This document shows positions 47,901 through 61,700 of a stretch of 64,000 nt of DNA, piece by piece. The stretch covers positions 16,864,001-16,928,000 of the forward strand of contig OZ365113.1 of the NCBI GenBank assembly GCA_977030845.1, in the 5' to 3' direction. The DNA comes from Fimbriosthenelais zetlandica (taxonomy: Eukaryota). Every line of letters starts with the position of its first letter. The first letter of the stretch is position 1. A program made the position numbers and the translations under genes. Under the pieces are notes generated by a model. It saw only the letters and a list, made by a program, of their open reading frames with translations, was not told the DNA's origin and searched no databases.

Positions 47901-50900
47901 TGGTAAATGGAGGAGAACAACGTCCGATTAAACATTAATCTACTCATAGCTTTAACAGGGGTCCACTATGGATTAGAATGCTTCTACGTGTATTTTCAAA
48001 CATGAAAGAAGTCCTCTCCAAATTATATATATATACATTCTAGAAGGGAATAATGTTGAGTACCCGAGGGAATGAAACAATAGCAGCGTATGCCGCACAC
48101 AATGATATATTCCCCACTCAAAATTCTGAAAAGCTCTCACAGCTCTCTCCCGGGAGGGGCTCGGTCGGAACCAGTCAAGGTCAAAGGGTCAATACGAGCT
48201 GACATTGGTCCTCCATTTACGCCACCTATGAGCCAAGAGCTAACTAAAAGGCTGGGAGGTGAAAATGGCAAAACACAGAGCATGGCTTTCCTCTGGTATC
48301 GATCACACGGCCAAAGGTCTTGTGAAGTGGTGGATCCAGGAAGTGGCTCCTGCAGCAGGGAAGAAGGAAGCCATCGCAACTTGAGGGACTTTAAATTCAA
48401 GTAATACTTAATTCATTGATTTATCCCCCTCCTTAGTAAAGCTAAGGACGAAAGTCATAAATTCTCCAAGTATGGAAGAGACATGTGGGTATTGAACGTA
48501 ACACATGCTGCAGTGTGGGCTGAATGGGTGATCGGTAGTGTGTGAAATGGCCGGGAAGGGGAGGAGCAGCACTTGACATGGCTTCCTTTGAGAGCGCCAA
48601 TGACAGAGATGCAAATGCAGGCAGTTAACTTCAGAGGCTTTTAAACTGAAGAGATCAGCATTTCTAGGGCATAGGCCAAGGTCATGTTCTGCACACTGAA
48701 AACGTCAATACCACAAAAGTCAACAGAGAGAATCCTTGGCGAGAGAAAGAGTTATTTTAAGAAATCAATAAAAAGTGGCTTCACCCAACTTTGCCGTGTA
48801 CGGGGTATATATTTGTTTCCCTGTTACATGCATGCCGAGTGCTGGAAATGGAAGGTCTTCACAAGAAAGCTTTTGTTTAAAACAGCTTTTAGCTCTGTTA
48901 TTATAACCTGAGCTGGTTGGGAAGTAGGAGGAAGTGTGCCCATTTTGGGTGGCATGGAAAAACTTGCCAACATGCAATGAAAGGCAATACTGGCACTCTC
49001 AACAACTGCATTCTATCCTACCAGAATATAGCCTAGAAAAGCACGAGATGGGGGCTTTTAACAACCTTTGTGTGCACTCATTGATGTTTCCTCTCACGGC
49101 TTTTCCCAACAGCAGCGACGAGATTATGAAATGCCTCTCCACATCAAGTCCTCCAGCACCAAAAGAAAATCTCCACAAAGCTTCCTAACATTTCATTCAT
49201 CCTGCATAATTCCAAATTGCTGTTTAAGTAAAATCGGCCCGGTCTAAATTGATGGATCTCCCTCCAACCATTCAGGCTTTGAAGTTGAAAGGCACAGAGC
49301 AATGGCTTTAACACACGCTATAACCAGGCTGTAGATTGATGTGGGCATATCTTCCCCATTACGGCATATGTTTGCTTTCCTTATGGACAAATACAACACT
49401 ATGTTATGGAAGGGGCTCTTCACATACGGCTATGGTAAAACGATGTAGTTGCATGGTACGAAAGCTACACAGAACACATTTCTGCCACTTCTCCACTATG
49501 ACAATATTTATATAACATCGACCATATTTCATTCGTTTCTCGATGTTCAACAAAGTGCATGATGATGATGGAGACTGTATTAATAGTATTATTCAAATTA
49601 AGGCCACACCAAAAGTAAAACTGATTGACAGCTTACCAATATAAAACAAAAATACAAGTGCAGTCAAACTGACAGACAACTGACTGACAAAAAGCCAGGC
49701 ATGGTGATCATAGAGATCCACTCAACCACACAGAAAATATGAGCAGTATACTGATTACAGATTTTAATTGCAACAAAATGGCCATGTTTTGATAAGCTTC
49801 AATCATTTTAACTTTTAAATGCACCGGAAAAGATCTTCTGAACAAATACCACCTGAACAGCAAATAAAGCAATGTAGTATTATTCCTGACACAAAAATTA
49901 AGAAAATATTTTGAAGACAAATCAAGATTAAGACAATCCAGGGATTGTTTCCAACTGACAGCCAGAAATTGAAATGACCAATGATATAATGTCATCAAGT
50001 ATGGAGATTTATGCCAATTTTATTCACTGAAACCCTCATCAATCAAATTGTGCAGAGTTCTAGGTAAATAATTTTGGTTGAATATTGAAAAAATAACCAG
50101 TCTAACTTTTAGTCGGTATTACCGTCACAAATTCTGGCTCAACATCAACAATAATACCACACAGTTTCCGAGCTGCGACTTTTCCCAACTCTGAAAATAT
50201 CTTGGGAGAAGTAAAACATTTTCTTTCGTAGAACATCATGAATATACATGAGCACTGGGAAAACAAACCAGAAGTTGGAGAAGAACACGCTGGATAATAA
50301 AAAAGAAACATCCATCTGCGACATCCTGTCCAAACGTGATTGATAGTTCCTTATAACCCAAGGTATTCAAATTTTGTTCAGTAATTTGCAGAGAACGGAT
50401 AGCAATGTGATTGAAGACACTTTTATAAGTGACAATCCTGCGATTGATATGGCAGTGGTTTAAAGTATCATATACATGAAAGCTAGTATTTAGCCAACTA
50501 CAAGATTGGAACGGGTTTTAAGAGGGATCCGCGCATGGGTTCTGTTCATGAGATACCTGACATGATCGGAAAGTCGACATAAAATGGCAATGTTTTTCGA
50601 GCATGTTTGCACAGTCATACTTCGTGCAGACCTAAGAAATGAGGAACTAAAATAGAGAAACATGAGTGGTGATATTTCTTATATAAATATGCATATTTAC
50701 AGCGATGACATATGAGGAAATTTCCATCACTTCAGACATGCAGGAAGGGGCCACATCGACGAGAAGCCTGTCTGCATAAATAATTCTTTATCAAGCTCCT
50801 GGGAGGACAGCGAGGTGAGGAGTTGTTCGATGATGGTCGATGAATAATTAAGGATGAGGAGAAGTTTATGTTGTGTGAAAATATGAGACATGGCGGGAAT

Positions 50901-52569
50901 AATTACTACATGATGGGAGCATGCCACGCTAATCGGCTCTCAAGTGGGAAAGGCTTTGTTTATGACTCTGGGAGAGGAGTTGGCTCTGTTGGTTAGAACA
51001 CCAGCTCACTCAACATGCGTTAAAAGCTGGTAAGATGACCGCCAATTCAATCTGCACACATGGCATTTACACTACATATATTTAGTGTGTGGAGTGCCCA
51101 TTCTGTTCTAGAACTATTGCAATAGACTAATATCTCTTGCACAAAAAGCAAATATAGTCAGTTCCCGCTGAAGAGATCAAGACAAAAGGTCCGCGAAAGG
51201 GCCAAAAGCCATCCACGCCTTCGCCCACTGTTATTAATCTCCATGGTGATTCAGATGAAACCCAGAAGCTCCATTAAGCCTATTTCATTTTCCCTCCAGA
51301 AACTCGAGATCCCCGCTTCCCTGCACCCCGTCTCACGTTCCACCCTCCCCTCCCCTCACTCTGACCTCTCAATAATGGTCGCCCTTATCGAAATATTACC
51401 TTTCCATTCATCACAGCAATCCCAATCCCAAATCCTCTCACCACACACAGCCAAGCTGGCCTCATCCCTTCTGCCCTGATTACTTTATGAATAATGCCTC
51501 AGTCTTACATCTCGAGGATACATTACATTCAGTTCTCTTCTCCCCATCACATATTACTCTACTTCTCCCATGACCTGTATCATCTCATCTCTCCTGACCA
51601 CATCCCCGCACATAGATCCAATCACTCAGGCTAAAACAAATAATACATGCTTCCTGGAACACCTCCTTTAACAGAAGAAACCAACAGAACCTGTTAACAG
51701 TAACTCATTAACACAGAACCTGAGACTATCCATAAAAGACCATCAGAAATACCATAATAACTCCTTCTAGACAGCAAACTAAACCGATATACAAATGTAT
51801 ATAAGTTCTAATTGTGTCCATCTTGCAAATACAGGATGGGCAAATGATGAGCTTTTTCCCGACACAATTACCGATCTTTCTCTGGAAACAATCCTCTTAT
51901 TGGCCTAACCATGGAATAGAAGCTTATATGGGAGCAGCTTTGTACACGGGACTGTCAGTGCTATCCCTGGATGACTCCCATCACCTAATTCAACATGACT
52001 GTGAATATTGATAACTTTTACACCGACATCCATCGATAGAGAGATATTTTCCAGTTTTTCGCGGGGAGACCACACGGTTAATGCATCGATCAGCAGAACA
52101 GAATGAAGAAGGAAAAGCATTGAGGCGACTCAGTCCATTGGGCAGCGTGGCTGATCAGAAGTGACAATGGTTTAGTGATAAGGAGGGAAGGCAGTCAAGC
52201 GTGGAGAGTTAGAGGAAGGGGTAGTGAAGCCATATTGAGATGAGATCAAGAACATGGATAGAGATCTCTGAGAACATGAGGGAACAGGGTGGTTTGCCTA
52301 GATGTATTTTGAGGCCAGATCCTGAGATATCAAGACCAATGACCTTTACTTATACTGTAGGCTTCTGTAATAAAACTGTCATTGTTTACAGTGTATGTGA
52401 AGCACCTGTCACTAGTTGGAAGTTCATCAAATAGCAATGCTCTGCCCAATGAGATTACAGGTTAGAAGGGAAAACTTGGCAAACGTCATGCGGTTAAGAC
52501 ATGATTAATGACCTCACAGTGGTGATTAGAGGAGGACACATTCACTTCTAATTACCGTCCAATGTCAGC

Positions 52570-52707
52570 CAGAGAGAGAGAGAGTGGGGGGATGGAGAGA
52601 GACAGAGAGAGGGAGAGGCAGACAGAGAGATAGAGAGGGGGAGGGAGGGAGGGAGGGAGGGAGGGAGGGAGGGAGGGAAGGAGGCAGGCAGGCAGGGAGA
52701 GAGAGGA
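52570..52707. repeat. Compound (GA)n/(GGGA)n/(GGCA)n purine microsatellite
   Basis: Directly visible. Confidence 0.93.
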
Positions 52708-55700
52708 AGAGGTTCAATCGTCTCCAACCGACTCAACCAACTCCAACCGTCAAAAGAATTGGTAAGAAAAGGCAATGGCTCCAAAAAAAATGCAGCTTTA
52801 AGCCGATTTTTAGGCGTTATATGCAGGTTTGAAATTGCTCAGCCTGCACATCCCTTGTAGCAGCTGAAACTGGAATATCTATTCAAGGCTTCATCAAAAG
52901 AATTCACGTTGTAATGGAAATGAGCCAAGCCAGGGCAGATGGAACCACACATGCAAGTCACACGCGACCAAGACGAACCAATCAAGTCACAAACGAAATC
53001 AAAGTTTTCATCCACAGAACTTTTAAAAGTTCCAGCAATTAGCCGATAGTTTGTACAATCAGCGCAGAGCAAACATGGTTTTCATGATGCTGATAAATAT
53101 TTAATCGTAAAATCTCATCATAAATGCAACACCTACCCTGCTTACTGAATTCAATGCTTTTTTTAATGCTCCACAGCAGATCTGCTGGAGGCAGTAAAGT
53201 CCAGAATAAAACAGCCAACCACCCTCCTCTCCCAACTCTGGACTACACCTCATTCATTGGGAGCTGAAATTTTTCAAATAAAATACTTTTTCCAATCAGC
53301 TTCCTTTCAAACTCGAGCTACATTGATTCCAGGGACTGGAAAAAAAACAAGCTGGGTTGACTTTGTTTGATAGATTGATCTCCTAATGAGAATGTTCGTG
53401 CTCACACTCAATTGCATTGTCTGAACAGAGTGAATTACAGAGCGATGTCATTAACGTTTGATAGTCTTAGCTGCGAGGTCTGTTCTCAATTTGCAGGCCT
53501 CAGCTTTTTGAATGAGAATTCCATGAATATCCAAATTTTATCCTAATAGCAGCCTTCAAGCTGGGCTTTAACTGCTGATGTCCTCAGCTTCATGCCAGCA
53601 ATCGAATCACAGCCAATTCACTGCAGTTATGAGCTGCCTATAATAAAACGTGATCCATCGAATAATTATAAAAGCTGGATCATTTGCCTTTTGGCTCCTT
53701 AAAAGTGACATAAATGATTTTAAATAGATGGAAAATACCCAAAAAGTTATATCTAAATTTAATTGGATTCTTCAACTATGCTCAACATATTATTATGCAG
53801 AAAATCAATATACTTCCATGTACAGAGCTCTCACTTCCTGCCATCCTTAATTCCTTCACCAATTGATATTCCAATGGCTATTCGGATTTTCATGAATATG
53901 CACCAATGTACATACATGTCTGACACCGCAGTGACTGCAGACAACGATAAAAGAAAGTCTGGTAATGATTTTGCCTGTGCCTTTGCATCTCATCTTTAAC
54001 CAACAGGCAGAGGAAAGAATTCAGGAAGGTATACGGAAAGATATGTATGGTTGTTTTTTCTTGGCTTGGCTTCATTTAACACTGGCTTGATAGTCATTAA
54101 ATCAGGGAGGATGGGCGTTACCGGTTTATGGATGTGTACACATTACGTTTCCTCTAATCATCTACTTCACACAGCCTTGATGAGCAGGGGAGTGCTCAGA
54201 GCTTCTCATGTGGGAGTAAGACATTGAGAGGAGAGAAGGCGGTGACTAGTTATTTAACGTACGGTCTGCTATATCACAGGACGAGTAGAAAACACGCTGT
54301 TGACACATTAATCTACACTTCTCAAACGAGAAAGCCCTTCTCGAACGACAATATTATAACGGTTTAATAACACGCCTTTCATCAGAAAAGTGTGGAAACC
54401 AAACAAAAATATGTTGCTTGTTTCATAAAGCTACTTGACTTATATCCATGGCATAAGTCCATCGATAGACTGTCCCAACGTTAGAAACCTATACGTGATA
54501 CACACTGAACTGTTCCCAAGCTCACACTGACGCAAATTGTCATCAAACACAAATAAGGGTTTAATCATATTCCTTTAATCTGACTCCCCCGCCAGCTAAA
54601 TCCCTTGATGAGGAGGAATATAAACCGCCTGATAGGAAGCCCGTGTGACTTTTTAAAACTTAAATTCAATTCTGCATCAACAGCGGCGGAATACGCTAAG
54701 ATAAAAACTTGTTGGGGAATACTTCTCGTTCCTATTAAAGTTAATTAAAGCGAAGTCACCAGGAATAATGACTTTGATTAAAATAATAAGCTTAGGCCAC
54801 TTGCGTTAACTAGATATTTGCACTTGGTGCGATTCTAGTTAAGGCTTTGGGAAGCTGGTTAAGGAGGCATATATATAGTACTGGAAGTTAATTCACATTG
54901 AAGATTAAAGAGCCTCACTCAATTTATGCGATTTGTCACTAACGAACCAAAGAAAATTAATTGTGCTTTATGATAAAATGAGTGATTGCAGACATCCGAG
55001 CCATGGCTAAAAGCAGCTATACATTCTCTTTATCTGGCCTGTATTTATGTGTCACATACATAGATTTGTTAAGTCATAAGCGGATTTCTCCCAGATATTC
55101 ATGGATCCTTCCATTCCATTATTATCACAAATCAAAATCCAATAATCCGTGATAATTGAGTCCATAAAATACACCTTATCAAGTTAATCTTAATGAACGC
55201 TCTCACACTTCCACCCTGCTGACTCCATCATTCCCCCCACGCCATCACTTATTTTGCCAGAAAGCAATTTTCTCCTCATTGTAAAACACAGGAGGATTAT
55301 TAGGTGTGAATGTTCTTCCTTTTCTTTTCTCTCCAAAAAGCTTATATTTTTCAATTATCTTCAAGCGATGCGAACCAATAATGAGGGTAAATAAGGCAGC
55401 CTTGGATTGTGGCAGGTTTTCCCTGGTGCATGGGATGTAAATTGGATTTAACGCGTCTGTAATACCCGCGGGGACAGAAAGCTTCTTCCATTCTCACGAT
55501 TGGACATGTTGAGGAGGGTTTTTTGTCGGTGACCTGCACCTGAGGAGAGAGAATGTGTTCTCGTGGGAGAGAAGCGAGGTCAGACAACTGGTATGGTTAC
55601 ACTTGCGTGTGCACAAATGAAGCCTATGATATTCATACAGTGGACTGACTATTACTATAGCATGTAAATATGAATCACACTCTATAATTGGTTTCACCCA

Positions 55701-58700
55701 AAAGACTGACAGAGAGTGATAGGTCAAAGAACTGGCAGACATCAAGGAAATGACTTGGCGGACATTGACTTGGCGGACATGGGACCTAAAGTCATTCCCT
55801 GCATGCAGTAATTCCCCATGAATAATGAAAGAAGGATCCGAACAAAATGAATAATTGATACATCCATTGAGGCAATGCATGAGATAGAAAATTAAATTCA
55901 TTTGCTTCTGAAACACCAATATAAACTTCAGCCCCTTGACAATGATAGTATAGTCATACAAGATAATAGATACAAAGCCCACTGGACGTGATTGATGGGC
56001 AAGAAGCAATAGCAGGTCCCCATCCAATCAACTTGGCCAACTATAATACGAGACACTGCTCTGAGTTGACATAGTCAATGTTCGAACAAAGCAAGTAGAC
56101 CTATTTGATGGACATCTGACCGAAAAACTACTGATACGAAGTAATGGAATGAAAAGGATATTGACGGGACACAGAAGATATTAATGAACAAGTGATTAAT
56201 ACCGTAAATGCTATAGGCATATCCATAAACTAAGTAAATTGAAGGCGCCAAACGTACGGAATACAATTAAAAGATCCTGTTAGAAACACAAGATGCACTT
56301 TTCATTGAATATTGTCATTACAGGACATATGTGAAGCCTATCGATGGCTTCAGGCCCCACAGACCTTATTAATTGCTTTCTCTGTCCACACCTAAAGTTG
56401 TTAATATAATTGTTGTCCTAATATGCAATTCCATTATGGTCAATGTGGATAATTTGCAACGCCAACGATTGGTGATTTCAGACAAAGCGGTGCAGAATTC
56501 TGCAATACATGGTTTTCCTGCATAATAGTAATTGATGGTCATTTATGAAACAGGCTGGAGCAGCTAAGCCCCCTATTCTAGACAGGCAGTGAATGTTCAC
56601 AGTAGGCATCATTCAATGCCTCACCAACAGACCCCTAACCCAACATTGAGAGGCAATCTAGATAAGGGACAGGCCCTTTGCCTTCACAATGGCGCCTAAC
56701 TAGCTCGATGGTGGCAATTAGTTGTCGCATCCCGGGCAGTGCCAGCACGGATACAGGCAAACACACAAAACACTGAGTAATTGAGTAGAGACAGGGAGAG
56801 ACCAGCCAGGCTTCACTACACGGCTTTGTTAGGGGCTCTTATGGAACATTGAAGGGCCTTGTTAAAAATACTAATGAAGAATGAGCTTGATAAACCCCGT
56901 TTCACTAAAGATCGTAGAACTCGGTATGAGGGAAAATGTACAGGTTTCTGGTTGTGGTTGGCCTTATAGAAATGCCCTGTTCATTGAGAAATGGACCGGA
57001 AATAAGAGGTATGGCCCTTTTAGAGTTGCAGGTCTATTTTATCGTATGAGAAACAGGTATTTATCACGTGCTTCACAAGAACAAGATATACCGTACACAC
57101 ATGAGTCTCCACCTTCAATGAAAAAGCCTTGGACAGCTCAGAAATAGAACTACCAAATTTCTGACCATGTGAAATTTCTATCTAACCAACTGCACTATCT
57201 CCAATCACCTTTGCCACAAACTGTCAGTAAGCCCAGGAGACTATAATGAAGTATAAAAACAGATTATAATATACCAGGGACCAAGTTGACAGGGCAGCTG
57301 ATGATGGTGAAATGTTAAGGGGAAACATGTAACCTTACTCTGCTAAACAGACGTTCGTAATTTAAAAAAAGGCAACTTAACCAAGCGTTCAATATCTGAC
57401 AATGAAAGTATGGAGAGCAGAGGTCAGGAGAATGGAGTCAAACATATGCAAGGAGAACCAATGATGAATAGATATACTTTCTAGACATGTTTATTTTCGT
57501 GCCACCAATAAGCTTGCAGGAAACAAGCAATAAAGTAAGGTGCATGAAGGTTGGTGGAATTCTGGAGTAGAAGCCAGCCATAACTGAGTACCATGTTGTA
57601 GCTATAAAGAACACTGCCCCCTACAGCGTGAAGCTGCTACTCATACAATATGCATGAGAGGATATTATACACCGATCCCGTACGTGCATAATCCTTCAAT
57701 CAACTGGTGCATGGAGGAGGGACTCAAAGGCCCAGATAACTAGAGCTTACCTTTATCTATAGCTGACTGCACAGAGGGGGAAAATATCGATTTAGTTTTT
57801 TTACCCAAATCTCGTGTAAATTCAGGAAAGTCTTTCTGAAGTCGATATATATTATTGAGGAAATAATATTCGTAATATTCAAACTGAAACAGACTTTGGC
57901 TTGAAATCATATCATGAATTTCTTTGACTAGAGAAACAGAAAAATAAAAGCTTCATTGAAAATAGCTCAGGGCTGGCAGCCAAAAATCACCCTCCTGGAC
58001 ATTTTCGCCATCGGAAACAATTCCCTACCGAATTCTCATCAAGCGCCCAATAATTTAATCAAGTGGCTTTTAAGCCGTGTCAAAACTGGAACTCGGGGTG
58101 TTCTGTCGGAATGCCTTCTCTCACTTTTCTTGTCATTTTGTGCGTTATGATTAGAATTTTGAAGAGCACCATCATTTTTGTGCATCAGTTGCCAATAATT
58201 TTGAGCCAGGAAATGTCTCCCCTCCAGGACTGCCATAATCAGTGGAAACTGGACTTCCACCCACTGTCAATGCCTGATAATAATAACACAGGGGTTTCAA
58301 GAGTTTTTTCATGTTCCTTTGTTAACTTTAAATTAACCGCAACTTAATTTGGGAACGGTTTTTTTCCCAAGCTGCATCATTTGCGCAGACTCTGACGCTT
58401 CAAATTGGAAGGCGTCATCTTTAGAAAGAGGGTAATAATTGGATGGTTTCTTTAAGCACAAATAATAGAAATGGTTTTAATTCACACCTAAGGGAAGACC
58501 TATTTATAGAAATGTGGACAAGAAATATAGATGCAGGAGATAACAAGGTAGATGGTACTTACGCTCGACTTTCTCTCAGCTTCCAATGTCAAACTTTTAT
58601 AAATGGTACTTACCTAAAGAAAAATAGAGGACAATTATTAGCGACATTCATAATCAATCACCTTCATTATAACAATACAAAGATGTAAGATTCAGATGGC

Positions 58701-61700
58701 ACAATGGCAACGTGAGGAATAACAACCCAATGTGTCTCTCTGTATCATCATCCATTATAATTGTTCTTCACTAAGTACGAATTGATGAGGTACGCGAAAA
58801 GAATTTGGTGACAATACTTGATTATCGCGTGATATTAATTTAGTTCATTCTTATAATAATATGAAAAATTAATGCGGATAAACGACCAGTATTCACAGTG
58901 AAAATACAGTGATTATAGGTGAATGTGCTATGAAAAATGCCTAACTAAATTTTTCATCAGCCTAAAATGCCATGAAGAAGACTGTGAAAAACGATCATCA
59001 ATTGCTGTGCATGAGCCATACACCCTTTCTACGAAACAAACGGGAACAAAATATGTGTGTACAGTCAAAAGACAGATGGAATTGATGTTTACCCTTCCCC
59101 TCCTCCTCATTTCCCCACTATTATATCATATAACGAATTCATTAGACTACGAAAGAGCTAAAATCTTGCAATGTTTGATTTGGCACTGTTGAGAAAATAA
59201 TACGTAATATCATACGCAACTGCTTCACACAGGACACTAATGCTATCAACCATTGATTCCTAGTAGAACAAAGGTTTATTTGGATGTGCCTTTTTTCCTC
59301 CATGAATAAAGCTTGGCAGAGACTATGGATTGAGGCCATCAGGATATTTGGTCTTCCTTTTTCCAGAGAGAGAAAATGAAAAAGGGGAATAGAGTGAACG
59401 ATTGCAGGGCTTTAATCAGACTAATAGCCCTGAATTTAATCAGAGAAATGGAGGTTTAATTAAAGACTAGATTGCCACAGTAAATTCATCCCTCAGTAGC
59501 AGAGGTATGTGATGTTTAATCAGATTGGAAAGGTCGCTTGACAAGAATCTTCACATAACATACTAAACCCAATTTCTGGAAAATATTGCACTCACATCAA
59601 GGAGTACACCTGCAAGTCTTAAATCACACAAAAAAATGTGATCAATGCATGGCCAAACAACACATAATAAGATTGTAAATCTATAAATCTATTTTTGATC
59701 TTTTTTTCGGATTGCTCAGAGTCCATACAACTGCCTCCTTGTTCGTGGAGGGGATCGGCAGCGCGACGACTCTGAGTTTGCTTGTGTCGGGAACAGGGCG
59801 TGGTAAAGTAAAGAAACAAAAACAGGCTTGTTTGACCCATGTCTCTCACGTTCTCACGCCTGTCAACGCCCGTCTCATGCTTGTCTCACGCCTGGCGTAC
59901 CAAGTCTAAACCTTTCATGAGGAGCTGCTCACCTACAGAGAGTTGCTCTCTTACAGCACTGAGACGGTCATTATCAAATCATGCTCAATGCTCAATGCTC
60001 AAAGCAGCAGAGATAGGCAAGAATATTACTAATACATACTGAGAGAGGTGCATTTTTTCCTCAATGGATTTCAAAAGGCCGGAAGCCATTTCCCTAAATA
60101 ACCTGGTCCCCCTTACAACCTACCAACATCAGAGACGCTGGTATTATTCTTATCGCCACCCAGGAAATGAATCCTCTCAAAGGTGAGCAAAAGGCTGGGG
60201 AAGATGAGGCCTATCTGCTGATTTATTTAGTCATTAGCATGATGCAGCAAGGCGACCTATACAGCAGAGTCCTTCTCGGGGATTCCATGGTATAAGATCC
60301 AACGTACTGGGTACAAAGGACATGATTACTCACTCACGTAGCAAATAGAAGCAAACAATACCTTCATATGATATCATAAAAGTAATACAAAGCAATAAAA
60401 ATATATTGGATTTTCTATGCGCCACTCTTATCGAGTCATCTGGCAAGAACTCTTTAAGATTACCACATAAGTTCCATCGTGTCGAGGGAAACATAAAGTA
60501 TGGAGTGTTGGAAAGCTGCTCGCGTAATAAAGAAGCCTATATTGACCATTGTTATCTGCACAGTGGGAACTGAAAACGACTACCGGTCATAAAGCATAGA
60601 AACGAGGAGCTATAGATGAGAGAGTGTCATGAAAACCAACCTGCTCCGACCAGCAGATATCATGGAAGCGGCTAAGTGGTCCATGTCCACGTCCAGACAA
60701 ACTGACCAGTCAATATTTTCTATAACCCCTGAGGGATCAATTATTCTATTTTTCCCATTCTGGAATATCTCTCTAATATCATTCAGCTGCTCGAGTATAA
60801 AGCATTAAGCTGGAGGCATTTAGTGCAGATGATTTCTTCGGGAAGCTGGGAAATCCTATACCTTCGCTGTTAATTTTATTTCAGTGGATAAATACATGCA
60901 CAGAGCGTTGCACATGTTCTTGTATTTTGTGTGCCTTTATTGGATACGAAAATGAATCCTGGTCCTGATCTGAGAAAAAGGGGAGTTGGGTGTTTTTCGA
61001 ACTGAAGTGATCAATTTCAGTTCTGAAAGATGATAAAATCCCCAGGATAAATAGAAAAGTTGACAGGTCACAGGTACAATTCACACCTTATTGCGTCTCA
61101 TTTTGCAGCACTATCAAGTGCTCCCTGGATCATAAGCCCGTGATTGGTTCTTCCTTTGTTTAAATTTTAATATTGTTAAATTGGCTTTAAACAGATCTAT
61201 ATTTGTTCTCATGGATAACCATCAGGCTTGGTTTCAAGCAGCATCAGAAGATAATGAGTAGTAAACAGTCGTGTTTGCGAGAAGATCATGAATTAAACAA
61301 TTCAATTCAAAGGGAGAGATTTCACGATGATGAAAAGCTTGTTTAGGACAGTTAAACAAGTACAATTAAACGTACAACAAGACAGTAGAAGTACCAGTAT
61401 TTCTGTGTATAAAGTTGCTGCAGCTAATCTTGAGCCTTGCCAAAGTATATATCCTCCTGTTTATACAAATGGCCAAGCTAGTTGCCATGGGCACGCCTTT
61501 AAGTCCCTCTATCGCCACAATCCTAGCCAGGCAACTGATCCCATGTAAGCCTTAAGGAGATGGAAGGGTGGAAGTTGTCTCAAGAAATATTATCTAGCAG
61601 CCAAGTGTATTCCTAAAGGCCAAGAAAATTAATTGTTGTTTTGTGGTCGCTTCTGGCAAGGTTTAAGTGAACCCGCCATAAAATGCTTATTTGGCAATAA

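Noticed and set aside
47886-47906. tRNA-Phe-like 5' start gccgaatagctcaggtgg
   Set aside because: No anticodon arm, T arm or B-box follows.
55494-56027. 177-aa minus-strand ORF
   Set aside because: Composition is typical of AT-rich non-coding frames, with no recognisable motif.
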